A DNA stretch of 64,000 bases from Thecamonas trahens ATCC 50062 (GCF_000142905.1 NW_013657668.1:358492-422491), one strand, 5' to 3'. Shown: positions 24,915 through 35,826, numbered from the stretch's first letter. The notes: generated by a model from the sequence alone, not told the origin. A program made the numbers and translations.

Positions 24915-25559
24915 TCAGTCTCTCTCGGCCTCGATCGCAGCCGAGTACGCCGGCGGAAGCAGCTGCCGCAGATACATGCGGATGTCCCGCCGGCGCTTCT
25001 TGGCAGCCAGCAGACAAAGTCCAAGGCCGATCTCCATCAGCACCGCACCCACGGCCTGCTGGATGGCGGTGATCCGGATGCTCGACTCGGAGCGCCAGCA
25101 CGCCGAGTTCTGCGCCACCCGCTTTTCATCAACCGCGCGCTGGCACTCGATGAGGATGGTGATGAGCCGCCAGAGCGCACAGGCGGCAGCAAAGCCAAAA
25201 ACAACCCACGCCATGGCCTTGGCCCGGCCCAGCCGGACCCGCCGCACCTCCCATCCTCCAAAGTTGGAAGCGAGCGCCGTAAAGATCGAGGCGATGATGG
25301 CCAGGCCGGCAGCGACCATGTTGGTCACATACAATGCGTCCGACTCGGCCGAGGTCACATGCAAATGCGTGAGCCTGGCCATTTCGTGAACCGCCATTCC
25401 ACCAATCAATGCACCGAGTGTCGCCAGCGCCGCCGCCCCGACCGAGGTCCACTCCGTCCCGCTGGGCTCGAGCTCATTAACCCGCGCCGACACCGGTAAC
25501 CAGACCGAGCCATCGTCGTTAACAGCCATGGGCACGACCTTGCTCTGATGATGCGGCAT
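24915..25559 (-). CDS. Hypothetical multi-pass (about 4 TM) membrane protein
   Basis: ORF with four hydrophobic segments; family not recognised. Confidence 0.6.
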   Translation of the reverse strand: MPHHQSKVVPMAVNDDGSVWLPVSARVNELEPSGTEWTSVGAAALATLGALIGGMAVHEMARLTHLHVTSAESDALYVTNMVAAGLAIIASIFTALASNFGGWEVRRVRLGRAKAMAWVVFGFAAACALWRLITILIECQRAVDEKRVAQNSACWRSESSIRITAIQQAVGAVLMEIGLGLCLLAAKKRRRDIRMYLRQLLPPAYSAAIEAERD

Positions 25560-25821
25560 TGTCTCCGCAACCAACACACCAACTAACAAGGAAGAGCGGT
25601 GGGTGCGGGACGAAGCAAGTCTTCCTCTCCCCCATCATCTCATCCAAGGAAACGCGCGTTGCGGAAGGCGCTGCGGCTGTTCTGCAAACGAACCCAATAT
25701 TCTGCCCCTTTATCATTTTGTTCCGCATCTTCCCCGACCACGCCCACCCCAACACACACACTCAGCTCAGATGCACCCGATCAATATGGGCAGGACAATA
25801 CTTCCTGTTGATCGAGCAGGC

Positions 25822-28800
25822 ATGCGAGTTGTTTGCGCAAAGCTCGTTATGGTGGTTGTCGTGGTCATGGCCCTTGCAGGCATCGCCCATGGAGACGGCA
25901 CAAACGTTTTGGGTGTGACGCAGGCGCTCCAGAGCTCAACGGTTATGTATGTGGACATTGTTGATCCCACGACGGAGCGGATTTCTTGGATGGGCTCGGG
26001 CACGCTCAAGATCTACACGCCCGGAACGTCGACCCAGGAAGGGAGCCTAGTGTGGAGCGGCTCGCCGTCGCCGCCGGCGTTGTACACCCCGACGATGGCA
26101 GGAATGTACGGGCTGGTGGTGAGCGAAGACCAGGTGTACAACACGCCATGGGACATCGACGTGTACTCGACGACGACGTCGGCAACGATGGGCGGGCGGC
26201 TGTGGAGCTACCAGTGGAATCTGCGCGCAGGATCGTTCAGCCAATCCGACGCCGTCGATGCCTCGGTCTGGGCGATCTTCTCGACTGTTCTAGGCCTCAA
26301 GCTTGTGGAGACACGGTTCGAGGGCCTCGCTGGTTTCGCATACTCACTCGTCGGCTCAACAGTCGGCATCGCGTCGGCCACGCCGCAGTACAAGTCGGTG
26401 ATGCAGAGCGGGAACACGGTCTCGCCCGAAGTCCGGCTCTACATCAATCAGCCGGGGCACATCACACTCTCGCCAGACGTCCCGTTCATCAACTTTCACG
26501 GCATCCGCTTCATCACGCTCGGCTGCGGCAACTTTTATTCAAAGTGCGAGAACGTGGTGAGCGACAAGCTCCACGTCCAGTTTATGTTTGAGACCAATGC
26601 CGCCGGCGGGCGCTATCGGGTGGTGTGCGATACGGATCAGGATGGCATCTTTGACTTTGTGCGCGAGACCGATACGGCGCTGCTCGGCGCGACAGTCAAC
26701 GGCACTAACTACGTCGAGTGGGACGGCCGCGACGATAGTGGCGCCACCGTCTCACCCGGCAACTACCAGTGCAAGGTCTACGTCTACCTCACCGAGATGC
26801 ACTTCCCCATGATCGACATCGAGACCGTTTACCCGGGCCTCCGCATGTACGATCACTCCACGGGCTCGCCGGTGGCGCAGACCATGTACTGGAACGATGC
26901 CGCGGTCGGCGCGCCGGTCAACATGCCCAATGGCCAGCCGGGTGCCACCAACTCGGGATGCTGTGGCGTGTCATCGGGCGCATCGTCAGATGCGACGGTG
27001 CCCAACACCAATGCTCGCGCATGGGGCAACTTCGACTCGGGCACCAAAGGTGATCTTGCCATCCTCAACACCTTTTCACTTGTCGATCCCGTCATCTCGA
27101 GCGAGTTTACCATCTCGGTCGGCCAGCCGTCGATGTGTGAGACCGCAGAGCTGTATATCATCGACACGGTGGTGGAGGAGGCCAACTCAGGCACGCCGAC
27201 GGTCACCGTTCCCATCGCTGTTTCGTCGTTCATTGCGTCGGACGTGACACTCGCGTACGCCACCGTCGATGGCACCGCCACCGCGGCCGACAGCGACTAC
27301 ACGCCAGCCAGCGGAACAATCGTCATTCCAGCCGGCGACTTTTGCAACTCGATCACCCTCACGGTTGGCGGCGACACTGCCGTCGAGTCGGACGAGTGGT
27401 TCTTTGTCGACATTTGGCAGGTCGCCGGCCCGGCGATCATCATCGTCGAGCCAAGAGCCAACGTGACGTTGCTCAACAACGACTTTCCGCCGCCGCCGCC
27501 GCCATCGCCGCTCCCGCCACCGCCATCGCCGCCGCCGCCATCGCCGCCGCCGCCATCGCCGCCTCCCCCACCACCGCCATCGCCGCCACCACCGCCGCCG
27601 CCGTCGCCGCCACCGCCGTCGCCACCACCGCCGCCACCGCCATCGCCACCGCCGTCGCCACCGCCATCACCTCCCCCGCCGTCGCCGCCACCACCTCCTC
27701 CCTCGCCCCCGCCGCCACCGCCGCCGGCTGTAGTCCGCATGGCAGCAGCAACTCTGGCTGTCACTGAACCATCGTTCGGCACTCAAGCGCTGAGTGTGTT
27801 CATCACGCTCAGCGCACCGTCGCCGTCACCGGTTACCGTCGACTTGGCCACATCGATCCCCAGCGAGTCGAGAGCAACCGCAGCCGACCTCGTCCTCACG
27901 CAAAGCACGATTGTCATTGCCGCCGGTGACACCAGCGGCACCTTTACGGCCACTGTTGCTGCCGATGACTGGTACGACGACGGCGAGACGTTTGCAGTGA
28001 CGCTCACCGGCGTCTCTGGCCCGGCGGTCCTCGACTCGAGCGCGACGACCACCACCGTCACTATCAACGACTCCGGACCCGAGCCAGTCCTGACTGCGAT
28101 CGTGAGCCAGCAGTTGGCGGCAGAAGGCAGCGCTGGCGAGGAGCACTCAGTCACCATCCAACTGGAGCTCTCACGTCCCGCAGAGCCTGCGCTCAGCGTC
28201 GCTATCTCCATGACGGATGACTCGGAGGCCAAACTCGGGGAGGATGCCAAAGTCGGATCCGTCTCGGCGCGGGCGGACGGCGAAGAGACAATCACGATTC
28301 CGGCTCTCGCCACTGCGCACAACATGAGCATCATCGTCATCGGCGACCGTGACTACGAGATGGACGAGGATCTTAGGCTCGTGCTGGATCTGAGCGCTCT
28401 CAACACTCCGCCCGCGACCGTCACAATTGTGATTCCCAATGATGATACTGAGCCCGAAGTCGATGTTGAGGCAGACGACACCGATATGAGCGGTTCAGTG
28501 GTGGCATCGTTCCGCATGGTCAACATCACAGTGCTGCTTGCGGCGCCAAGCTATGAGGCCGTGGTCGTCTTTATGGACATCACGCTGCTGCAGGGCGACG
28601 ACCCGTTGTACGCCACAGACGCGGACATCATTGGCTTCACCCCTGTCGACGGATCGTACACGACAACAATCACCATCCCTCCCGGCCAGACCACGGTCGT
28701 GGTTCCAATCTACCTCCACGAAGCCAAAACGGCGCGACCGATGAAGACGTTCAACGTTCAGGTCACATCCGTGGTCAACGGCGAGCGGTCTGAGCGCGCA

Positions 28801-29913
28801 GCAACACCCCTGCAAGTCAACATTCCCAGCTACGAGCCGGACGGAAACTCGAACTCGAACGCAAGCACGGAGTTTGGAGACAAGATTGGCAACTGGTGGT
28901 GGATGCTCATCCCCATCTGCGCCATCTTCATCACCTGCTTGTGCTGTTGCTGGCTCGCACTGGCCTGCTACAACGATGATGATGAAGAAGCTCCAGTCGT
29001 AATGGAGCAAGCGCCCGAGGCAGCAGCAGCTGAGGGTGACACCCAGCCAGCCAACAAGCCGGTGCGAGTTCGGAAGCGTGTCAAGCGACGCAAGAACGGC
29101 GATGTGAGCCATGACGCTCAAGGCGCGGGCATGACAGCCACACAGATGTCCACACTTCACCCAGCAGCAGCTGTCGATGACCACGAGTCCGTCTCATGCG
29201 GCACGTTCTCGTCGTCGTCGTCCTCACTCGCGCACTCTGAGGGCAAGATCCGTGGCCCGGCGCTGATCAACATCTCCGGTCTTGGCGACCACGATTTGTC
29301 GCCTCTGTTCTCCGCAGAAAGCCACGAAGACATGACAGCGGCTGCCCCGGAGCGGCTGTCGCGGCGTGGGAGGCGGCGGTCTCTCCTTGCGCACGACGAT
29401 GACGAAGCAGCCAAGATTCGGGCCATGCGGGCGGCGCCGCGGCGACGGTCAGTGTGTGCCGAAGCGATGGCGCGCCCCAAGACCGAGCCCGATGCAGTCG
29501 CGATGCCCGCTACTGCGGGCGCCAACTATCGGCGAGTTCGGCGGCGGTCGATCGCACACGGCTCCACGCTCGGCGTTTCGCACGGTCCGCGGTTGACGAG
29601 CGCGACACGCCCGCGCTCGCGCTCGCGCTCGCCATCTCAGGACGTTTCCGGTGAACGGCGGTTCGCAGGTCATATTGCGGCACTGCGGCGGCGATCGGTA
29701 ACCGGCACAGTTGAGCCGTCACACGCGAGCTTCATGCCTGCGCCGCGGGTCCACACCGCCAGCAAGCGGAACACGGGGCGCTCCGCATCGCGGGCCAAGA
29801 GCCCGGCGTCGCGGATCCAGCAGCGGACCAAGAGCCCGACGCGATCGGCGGCACACGTCAGCGTCGAGCCGGACGACTTTACGGCCTCGCTCAACAACTA
29901 CCGGATCTCGTAA
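25822..29913 (+). CDS. Type I membrane surface protein: signal peptide, bacterial-like N-domain with FlgD-Ig-like segment, Calx-beta repeats, SPPPP linker, TM and basic tail
   Basis: Signal MRVVCAKLVMVVVVVMALAG. FlgD-like VEWDGRDDSGATVSPGNY. Calx-beta YATVDGTATAADSDY..SGTIVIPAG..GDTAVESDEWF..VTLLNND with further degenerate copies. TM WWMLIPICAIFITCLCCC. Confidence 0.8.
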   Translation: MRVVCAKLVMVVVVVMALAGIAHGDGTNVLGVTQALQSSTVMYVDIVDPTTERISWMGSGTLKIYTPGTSTQEGSLVWSGSPSPPALYTPTMAGMYGLVVSEDQVYNTPWDIDVYSTTTSATMGGRLWSYQWNLRAGSFSQSDAVDASVWAIFSTVLGLKLVETRFEGLAGFAYSLVGSTVGIASATPQYKSVMQSGNTVSPEVRLYINQPGHITLSPDVPFINFHGIRFITLGCGNFYSKCENVVSDKLHVQFMFETNAAGGRYRVVCDTDQDGIFDFVRETDTALLGATVNGTNYVEWDGRDDSGATVSPGNYQCKVYVYLTEMHFPMIDIETVYPGLRMYDHSTGSPVAQTMYWNDAAVGAPVNMPNGQPGATNSGCCGVSSGASSDATVPNTNARAWGNFDSGTKGDLAILNTFSLVDPVISSEFTISVGQPSMCETAELYIIDTVVEEANSGTPTVTVPIAVSSFIASDVTLAYATVDGTATAADSDYTPASGTIVIPAGDFCNSITLTVGGDTAVESDEWFFVDIWQVAGPAIIIVEPRANVTLLNNDFPPPPPPSPLPPPPSPPPPSPPPPSPPPPPPPSPPPPPPPSPPPPSPPPPPPPSPPPSPPPSPPPPSPPPPPPSPPPPPPPAVVRMAAATLAVTEPSFGTQALSVFITLSAPSPSPVTVDLATSIPSESRATAADLVLTQSTIVIAAGDTSGTFTATVAADDWYDDGETFAVTLTGVSGPAVLDSSATTTTVTINDSGPEPVLTAIVSQQLAAEGSAGEEHSVTIQLELSRPAEPALSVAISMTDDSEAKLGEDAKVGSVSARADGEETITIPALATAHNMSIIVIGDRDYEMDEDLRLVLDLSALNTPPATVTIVIPNDDTEPEVDVEADDTDMSGSVVASFRMVNITVLLAAPSYEAVVVFMDITLLQGDDPLYATDADIIGFTPVDGSYTTTITIPPGQTTVVVPIYLHEAKTARPMKTFNVQVTSVVNGERSERAATPLQVNIPSYEPDGNSNSNASTEFGDKIGNWWWMLIPICAIFITCLCCCWLALACYNDDDEEAPVVMEQAPEAAAAEGDTQPANKPVRVRKRVKRRKNGDVSHDAQGAGMTATQMSTLHPAAAVDDHESVSCGTFSSSSSSLAHSEGKIRGPALINISGLGDHDLSPLFSAESHEDMTAAAPERLSRRGRRRSLLAHDDDEAAKIRAMRAAPRRRSVCAEAMARPKTEPDAVAMPATAGANYRRVRRRSIAHGSTLGVSHGPRLTSATRPRSRSRSPSQDVSGERRFAGHIAALRRRSVTGTVEPSHASFMPAPRVHTASKRNTGRSASRAKSPASRIQQRTKSPTRSAAHVSVEPDDFTASLNNYRIS

Positions 29914-30087
29914 CCGAGCTGGCGATACGCGAAGGGTTACAGACCCGGCAGCTCACTGCGAAGCCTCTCTTTATCTTTTTACCCACACATCATTAACATT
30001 CCTTTCCCTCCTCCACATGCGGCATGTCATCCATCCGATGATCGACTGCAGCACAGAGGGGGAAGGGAGCACCTGACTCGATCGACG

Positions 30088-31230
30088 ATGGCTGCGACGC
30101 GATCTGCCGAGACGGCAGATGGCGGAGGGGGACGCGGAGCGAATGGATGCTGCGAGCTGTTTGTTCCAGGTCGGCTGTGTCTTGTCGGCGAGCACTCTGA
30201 CTGGGCGGCGTCTGCTGATGCGCCCGGGGCGGCGCTGGTGGTGGCTACCCCGGTGGGATTGCGTGGCCGGGTACAGTGGCGGGTGGGCGAGGCGGCGAGA
30301 GGGATGACCATCCGGATTACCTCGCAGCTGCCAGACGGGACGGAAGTCGAGGTCGAGGCTGAGAGCGAGGACGCGCTGCGGGCTTTGGCTGCCAACCGTG
30401 ACAACAAGCTGTGCTACGCGGCTGGTGCTGCAGCCGAGGTTGTGGCTCGCCGCGAGTGGGCCGAGGCCGGCGCGGCGCGGCAGCTGACATCAGTGGAGAT
30501 TGCGGTAAGCGTGGCAGGCCTCCCGCTGGGCAAAGGGCTCTCGTCGTCGGCGGCGCTGTGTGTGCTGGTGGTGAAGGCGCTGGCCGCGGCTGCCGCCGTG
30601 GACTGGCCGCCGACTCTGGTGATGGCCATCGCGCACGCCGGCGAGCTCGCTGCGGGCTCGCCTTGCGGCCTGCTTGACCAGATTGCACCCGCGCATGGGC
30701 CGGGCGCGTATCGCGTCGGGTTTGGTGGCGAAGGCAAGGTGACCGTGGAGCGGGTAGTCGTCGGCGGGCAGATCGCGCTGGTGGTCATTGATCTTGGGGC
30801 AGCCAAGGACACGCGGGCGATTCTTGAAGGACTACAGCAAGCGTATCCCAATGCACAGAGCGCTGCAGATTGTGCATTGCATGCTCTGCTCTCAGACAAA
30901 GCCCGGGCGTTTGTGGCGGCAGCTGGCGACGCGCTAGTTGGCGGGGACGCAAGACGGCTGGGCAAGGTTCTTGTTGAGGCGCAGCAGGCGTTTGACGAGG
31001 TGGCGATTCCGATGGTGCCAAGCGAGCTCGCAGCGCCGGTGCTACATGGCCTGCTGACGGATGCGACGGTGGGCGAACTTGTGTGGGGCGGCAAGGGGGT
31101 GGGATCGCAAGGGGACGGATGCGCGCAGTTTGTGGCGCGGAGCGCCGAGGCAGCCGAGGCGCTTGTGACATATGTAGGCGAGACGTATCCGAGCATGAGT
31201 GGGCTAGTGCTTTGCCTCGAGGCCGAGTAG
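30088..31230 (+). CDS. GHMP-family sugar kinase (galactokinase-like)
   Basis: PGRLCLVGEHSDW, LPLGKGLSSSAA, CGLLDQ and GGKGVGSQGDG. Confidence 0.88.
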   Translation: MAATRSAETADGGGGRGANGCCELFVPGRLCLVGEHSDWAASADAPGAALVVATPVGLRGRVQWRVGEAARGMTIRITSQLPDGTEVEVEAESEDALRALAANRDNKLCYAAGAAAEVVARREWAEAGAARQLTSVEIAVSVAGLPLGKGLSSSAALCVLVVKALAAAAAVDWPPTLVMAIAHAGELAAGSPCGLLDQIAPAHGPGAYRVGFGGEGKVTVERVVVGGQIALVVIDLGAAKDTRAILEGLQQAYPNAQSAADCALHALLSDKARAFVAAAGDALVGGDARRLGKVLVEAQQAFDEVAIPMVPSELAAPVLHGLLTDATVGELVWGGKGVGSQGDGCAQFVARSAEAAEALVTYVGETYPSMSGLVLCLEAE

Positions 31231-31312
31231 CGTATGTTCACTCTCAGGTGCGCCGCCTAGCCCCACGCGGGGCGGCGCGAAGGGGGGGGGGGGGGGGGAT
31301 AAAGGAAGAGCG

Positions 31313-32145
31313 CTAGATCTTGATGATCTTGGTGGTGCGGCCGGTGTTGAGCGAGGCAAGCTGCTTGCGGGCGCGCTCGCGGACGTCGACCTCACATTGG
31401 TGAGCGTAGCGATAGCGATGCTTGCCGCAAAAGACAAAGTCGCACTCGCAGGTGAAGCCATGCAGACCAACCTTCTTGCGGCACTCGTAGCAGCGGTTCT
31501 TCTTGCCCTGCGGGCGCTTGCGCTTGCGCGACTTGCCGCTGCTTGCGGACGCCGTGGCCAAGGGCTGGACAGGAGGCGGGGCAGCCTCTGTGGATGGCGC
31601 GGGCACTGGCGCAGGCGCAGGCGCAGGCGTGGCCGGTATGGGGATAGCTTTGGGCGCCAGCGAGTCGGCGGGGCCGGGAGCGATGGCCGGTGGAGGAAGG
31701 GCAGAGGCTTCGGGCGAGTCTTGCGACAACGTCAGCGCGCCTGGAATGAGTGGCGTTGCTCTCATAGGCACCGGAGCTGACGGACGCGGAACACGATCAC
31801 CACCGGCCGCAGCCGCATCCGAGATAGCCTCGGGCGGCAAATCGGCTTTGCGGGCCCGGGGGATGTCCATCGAGGTGAGACCGAGGCACCCTGCCGAGTC
31901 TGACCGCGGCTTGGAGGCAGCAAAGCAGACCGAGCACAGTCCGTCGTTCTGGGCGGTGCTACTCGTGCAAGAGAGGGGGGATGAGTGAGTGTGTGGCTGC
32001 GGCACAAGGCTACCCTGAAGTCAGCCAAATTGTGAATTGGGACATTCTTCGTTCGCCCGAAGAAGGGACTCAGCACAATGGCAATGACATACCCACAGAA
32101 GCCACAGCCTGCGGCGCACTCCAGTCCTGGGTTCTTGGACGTCAT
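31313..32145 (-). CDS. A20/AN1 zinc-finger stress-associated protein; intron 32092..~31959
   Basis: The A20 finger CAAGCGFCG|..NDGLCSVC spans a GTATGT intron. AN1 finger RCYECRKKVGLHGFTCECDFVFCGKHRY..HQC. Confidence 0.9.
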
Positions 32146-32608
32146 ATGCGGCGAGCGAGTTCGCTCGACGACAATGACCGTGTAGAGGGTAGGGTGGGGG
32201 AGAAGGGGGGTGGGGGTGGGGGGGGGGGTGGGGGTGGGGGTGACTTTGACTAATACGACGAGTGTACCCGGCTCTGTGCCGCGTTCCGCCCTGGTGGTGG
32301 AGGCAAGGCGGGTGACGTTGGCTGCTGGCGGAGCTCGCGCGCGCGCGTAATTGAGGAACAAACGCGGGGGAGGGGAGGAGAGGTCATGCGGAGCATCACA
32401 AATTTTGATGGTGAATGGGATTGCCGGGACAATGGCTACCTCTTGTTCGTGAAGCGCATCAATCGCATCAAACCGAGGCGGAGGGGGGACGGGACGAGGA
32501 GGGCAGTTGGAGGGCAACACGTCTCCTCGCGACAGGCAGGGAGTGGAGCAAGTGAGAGTCAAGCGAGAGAGAGAGAGAGAGAGAGAAAGAGAGTAGAAAA
32601 GAACAAGC

Positions 32609-32920
32609 ATGTCGCTCTTCCAGAGGCTCTTTGGCCACATCATGTCCGAGGCCCTGGTGGAGAAGCTCTCCGACTCGACAACCTTCCAGCGGTTTGCCGT
32701 CCGATCGACGCAGATGGTGCAGGGAGCTGGACAGAAGGCTGCGGATGTGTCAACGTCTGTCTCATCGGGTGTCAAGACAAAGGTGGTGGGCTCGGTCTCC
32801 GAGTCGGAGGCTGCGGCGGCGGTCAAGTCGGAGCTTGATGCCGTCAAGTCCAAGTGGGCGGCGGCCAAGGCCGAGTTTGTCTCGTCGGTCAAGGAGGTTG
32901 CCGACAAGTACAACAAGTGA
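32609..32920 (+). CDS. Small conserved protein, NCBP2-AS2-like
   Basis: LVEKLSDSTTFQRFAVRS resembles the family's LVxxLxxSxxFxRFA motif (recalled, not searched). Codon usage looks coding. Confidence 0.5.
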   Translation: MSLFQRLFGHIMSEALVEKLSDSTTFQRFAVRSTQMVQGAGQKAADVSTSVSSGVKTKVVGSVSESEAAAAVKSELDAVKSKWAAAKAEFVSSVKEVADKYNK

Positions 32921-33481
32921 ACAAGTGAACACCATCTGATCTATGCTGTATCTGCTACTTGGGGGGAGGGGGGGGGGGGGGGGAGGGGGATGCGCTTGTC
33001 GGGCTGCTCGAGGCGATCGGGAGGGCAAGCATCGGGGGCCAATTGAGACGATCTGGGGATAGCCAACACGGCCGATTGAGACGATCTGGGGCAGACATCG
33101 GCCTCTCTTTGTCAGCCATCATCGGCTTGCAGCCTACCTCCTGTCGATCTCGGTCATCGATGGGCGACTGTTGACCATCCCGGATCCCGGTCCACACACG
33201 GCAAGCCACACACAGTGTCGAGCGACACACACAACTACACACACACGCACAGTCACACCAGTGACACAAGCATAATGACAGATGGCGTGGTGATGATAAG
33301 GATGGCACGATGCCTGTGGCGGTAGCCGTCGATCAACTGTGCCAATGGCGGCTGGCGGCGCAGGCGGTGACAAAGACGGAGGGAGGGAAGAAGGGGCGAG
33401 GAACAAGCAGACAGTGGTCACTGCTCTCCAGATCGGGGGGGGAGGGAAGAGGAAGCAGGCCGAGTAGCCAACCGCAACAAT

Positions 33482-34831
33482 ATGGAGGAGGAGGCCAAAG
33501 GCATCCAAGAGCGTGAGACACCCATACTTAAGCATGTTAATGCGCTGCTGACGGTGCATGGACTGCCACGCCACCCGCGGGCAGAGCTAAAGCGAGTCCT
33601 TGCGGCGTACGACCTCAACACTGACGGAGCGCTCGACGCTAGTGAGCTGCGGCTGCTGGTCCATGACATGTATGCTGTGGCCATTGCTGAGGCTGCTGAC
33701 AAGGGTGCGCCCGAGTGGTACCTCCGCAAGGCCCGCAAGGCCCTCGAGTCGTCGCGTGGAGAGTCTGCCGTCGCTGCCGCTGTCCACGAGCTCCTCGACC
33801 TGCAGGCCGCACACGGTGGTGTCCTTGACTGGGACGCCTTTGTTGACACTCTTGAGCAGCAGAGCACAGAATCGGCCATCCGCCGCTCCAAGTACTGGCG
33901 CCTCGCTCCGATCTGCGACATCAAAATCGTGCTCGACGATTTTGTCGATCCCTATCGCAAGGTCAAGATCTTTGTGGCTGGCGGCATGGCTGGCGCCGTG
34001 TCCAAGACCGTCGGTGCTCCACTCTCTCGCGTCACCATCTTGCGCCAGACCGCCACCCAGCGCGGTGTTGCCAGCCAGCCGTCGGTCGCTGCCATGGTCC
34101 GTGACATCTGGGCCCGTGAGGGCCTCCGCGGCTTGTTCCGTGGGAACGGCCTCGATGTCCTGCGATCCATACCGTCGCAGGGCATCACTTGGCTGGCGTA
34201 CGACGTTTTCAAGTCGCTTCTTCGCGAGTACGACACATCCGATTCCCAGTCAGCGTCGCGGTTTGCCGCCGGCGGCCTCGCTGGGTGCGTCGCCATTCTC
34301 ACCACCTATCCGCTCGATCTCATGCGGACCCGCATTGTGTGCTCCACCAGCAGTGCTGCTGGTGCCGAACCGTCGGTCGTCGGCGAGCTCCTCCGCGTTG
34401 CCCGCTCTCAAGGCCCGCTGGCACTCTACCGCGGTGCCGGCATTGCCTGCCTGGAGAAGGGTCCGTCACTGGCCATCTCGCTCGGCATGGCCGACGTGCT
34501 CTCGACCAAGCTCCGCGCCGCCGGCGCACCCGACTCGATGCTCACGTCGTTGGCGTCGGGCGTCGCCGCCGGCGCACTCGCCTCGTCGGCCACCTACCCG
34601 GCCGACCTGGTGATGAAGAACCTCCAGCTCGACGGTGCTGCCGGCTCGACGCGCCAGTACCTGGGCGTCGGCGACTGCATCACCAAGCTCTTCCTCCGCT
34701 CCGGCATCCGCGGCTTTTACCGCGGACTCTCGGCACAGCTGATGAAGAGCATGCCCATGGCCGGCGCCTCGTTTGGTGTCTACTCGCAGGCCCGTTCCTG
34801 GCTCGGCCTCTACCACGTGCCGGACGCGTGA
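33482..34831 (+). CDS. Mitochondrial carrier (SLC25) with an N-terminal EF-hand region (SCaMC/APC-like)
   Basis: EF-hand DLNTDGALDASE. Three carrier repeats (AGGMAGAVSKT..AP; YPLDLMRTR; YPADLVMK) and GLFRGN/ALYRG/GFYRG. Confidence 0.9.
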   Translation: MEEEAKGIQERETPILKHVNALLTVHGLPRHPRAELKRVLAAYDLNTDGALDASELRLLVHDMYAVAIAEAADKGAPEWYLRKARKALESSRGESAVAAAVHELLDLQAAHGGVLDWDAFVDTLEQQSTESAIRRSKYWRLAPICDIKIVLDDFVDPYRKVKIFVAGGMAGAVSKTVGAPLSRVTILRQTATQRGVASQPSVAAMVRDIWAREGLRGLFRGNGLDVLRSIPSQGITWLAYDVFKSLLREYDTSDSQSASRFAAGGLAGCVAILTTYPLDLMRTRIVCSTSSAAGAEPSVVGELLRVARSQGPLALYRGAGIACLEKGPSLAISLGMADVLSTKLRAAGAPDSMLTSLASGVAAGALASSATYPADLVMKNLQLDGAAGSTRQYLGVGDCITKLFLRSGIRGFYRGLSAQLMKSMPMAGASFGVYSQARSWLGLYHVPDA

Positions 34832-34875
34832 ATAAAGAGCTCAGGTGAGGCCGCAGTTAGGCGTGTGGTTTACAG

Positions 34876-35826
34876 TTACAGCTTTGCCTTGCGCTTGGCG
34901 TTCCAGTCAACAAGCTCGGGAAAGAACGGGCGGATGTAGACGGCGAGATAGGCGAGGAATGGAAAGTAGACCTTGCGCCGGCCGTGATCGATAGCGTCCA
35001 TCACGTGGTCGAGGCACTCGTCAACGGGCATGCGGTCATCCCCCTCGGTGCCCGAAGATTCACCCGCCACATCTTGTGAGGTCATGTTGAGGACCAAGTT
35101 GTCACGAAACGCCGTCTTAACCGACGGCGGGCAGACGATGGTGATCTGGACATCCGACTCGTTGACCTCCATCCGCAGCGCCTCAAAGAAGCCGGTCACC
35201 GCAAACTTGGAGGCGCAGTAGCCGGCACGATACGGCAGGCCGATTTCGCCCGAGAGTGACGACATGACCACGATCTGGCCCTTGCCGGCAATAAGGTGTG
35301 GAAGTGCGGCCTTGGTCACGTACACCGCGCCAAAGAAGTTGATCCGCATCAGTGTCTCCAGCACCGACATGTCGTCGGTGGCCTGGAACAGAGCATGGGC
35401 GCCGACGCCCGCTGAGAGCACCACAATATCAATGCGGCCAAAGGCGTCCAGTGCGGAAGCCACCAGCGCGACCGCCTCGTCCTCCACCGCCACATCGGTG
35501 GGCACAACCACAGGCAGCGGCGTGCCTGGCGGAGCCACAGCCGCACACGCCGCCGCCACGCCTGCCAGCCGTGCCTCGCCTCGTGCCGCAAGCACCAATC
35601 GGGCGCCTCGCGCAGCATACCGGAGCGCAAGCCCGGCCCCCAACCCCGACGATCCGCCAGTGATGACCACCACCGGTGCCTTCCGTGGCACCGTCGTCCG
35701 TCGATAGTACCGTGCCTCCCGCAGCGTCTTGGCTCCCCGCCACGCCACCGCCAGTCCAGCCAGCGAGAGTCCCGCTGCGGTCAGCGCCGCCTTGCCTGCC
35801 CGCACCACCACTTGAGGTATGCTCAT
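34876..35826 (-). CDS. Short-chain dehydrogenase/reductase (DHRS7-like)
   Basis: TGGSSGLG, a catalytic Ser in MSS and YCASK. Confidence 0.9.
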   Translation of the reverse strand: MSIPQVVVRAGKAALTAAGLSLAGLAVAWRGAKTLREARYYRRTTVPRKAPVVVITGGSSGLGAGLALRYAARGARLVLAARGEARLAGVAAACAAVAPPGTPLPVVVPTDVAVEDEAVALVASALDAFGRIDIVVLSAGVGAHALFQATDDMSVLETLMRINFFGAVYVTKAALPHLIAGKGQIVVMSSLSGEIGLPYRAGYCASKFAVTGFFEALRMEVNESDVQITIVCPPSVKTAFRDNLVLNMTSQDVAGESSGTEGDDRMPVDECLDHVMDAIDHGRRKVYFPFLAYLAVYIRPFFPELVDWNAKRKAKL

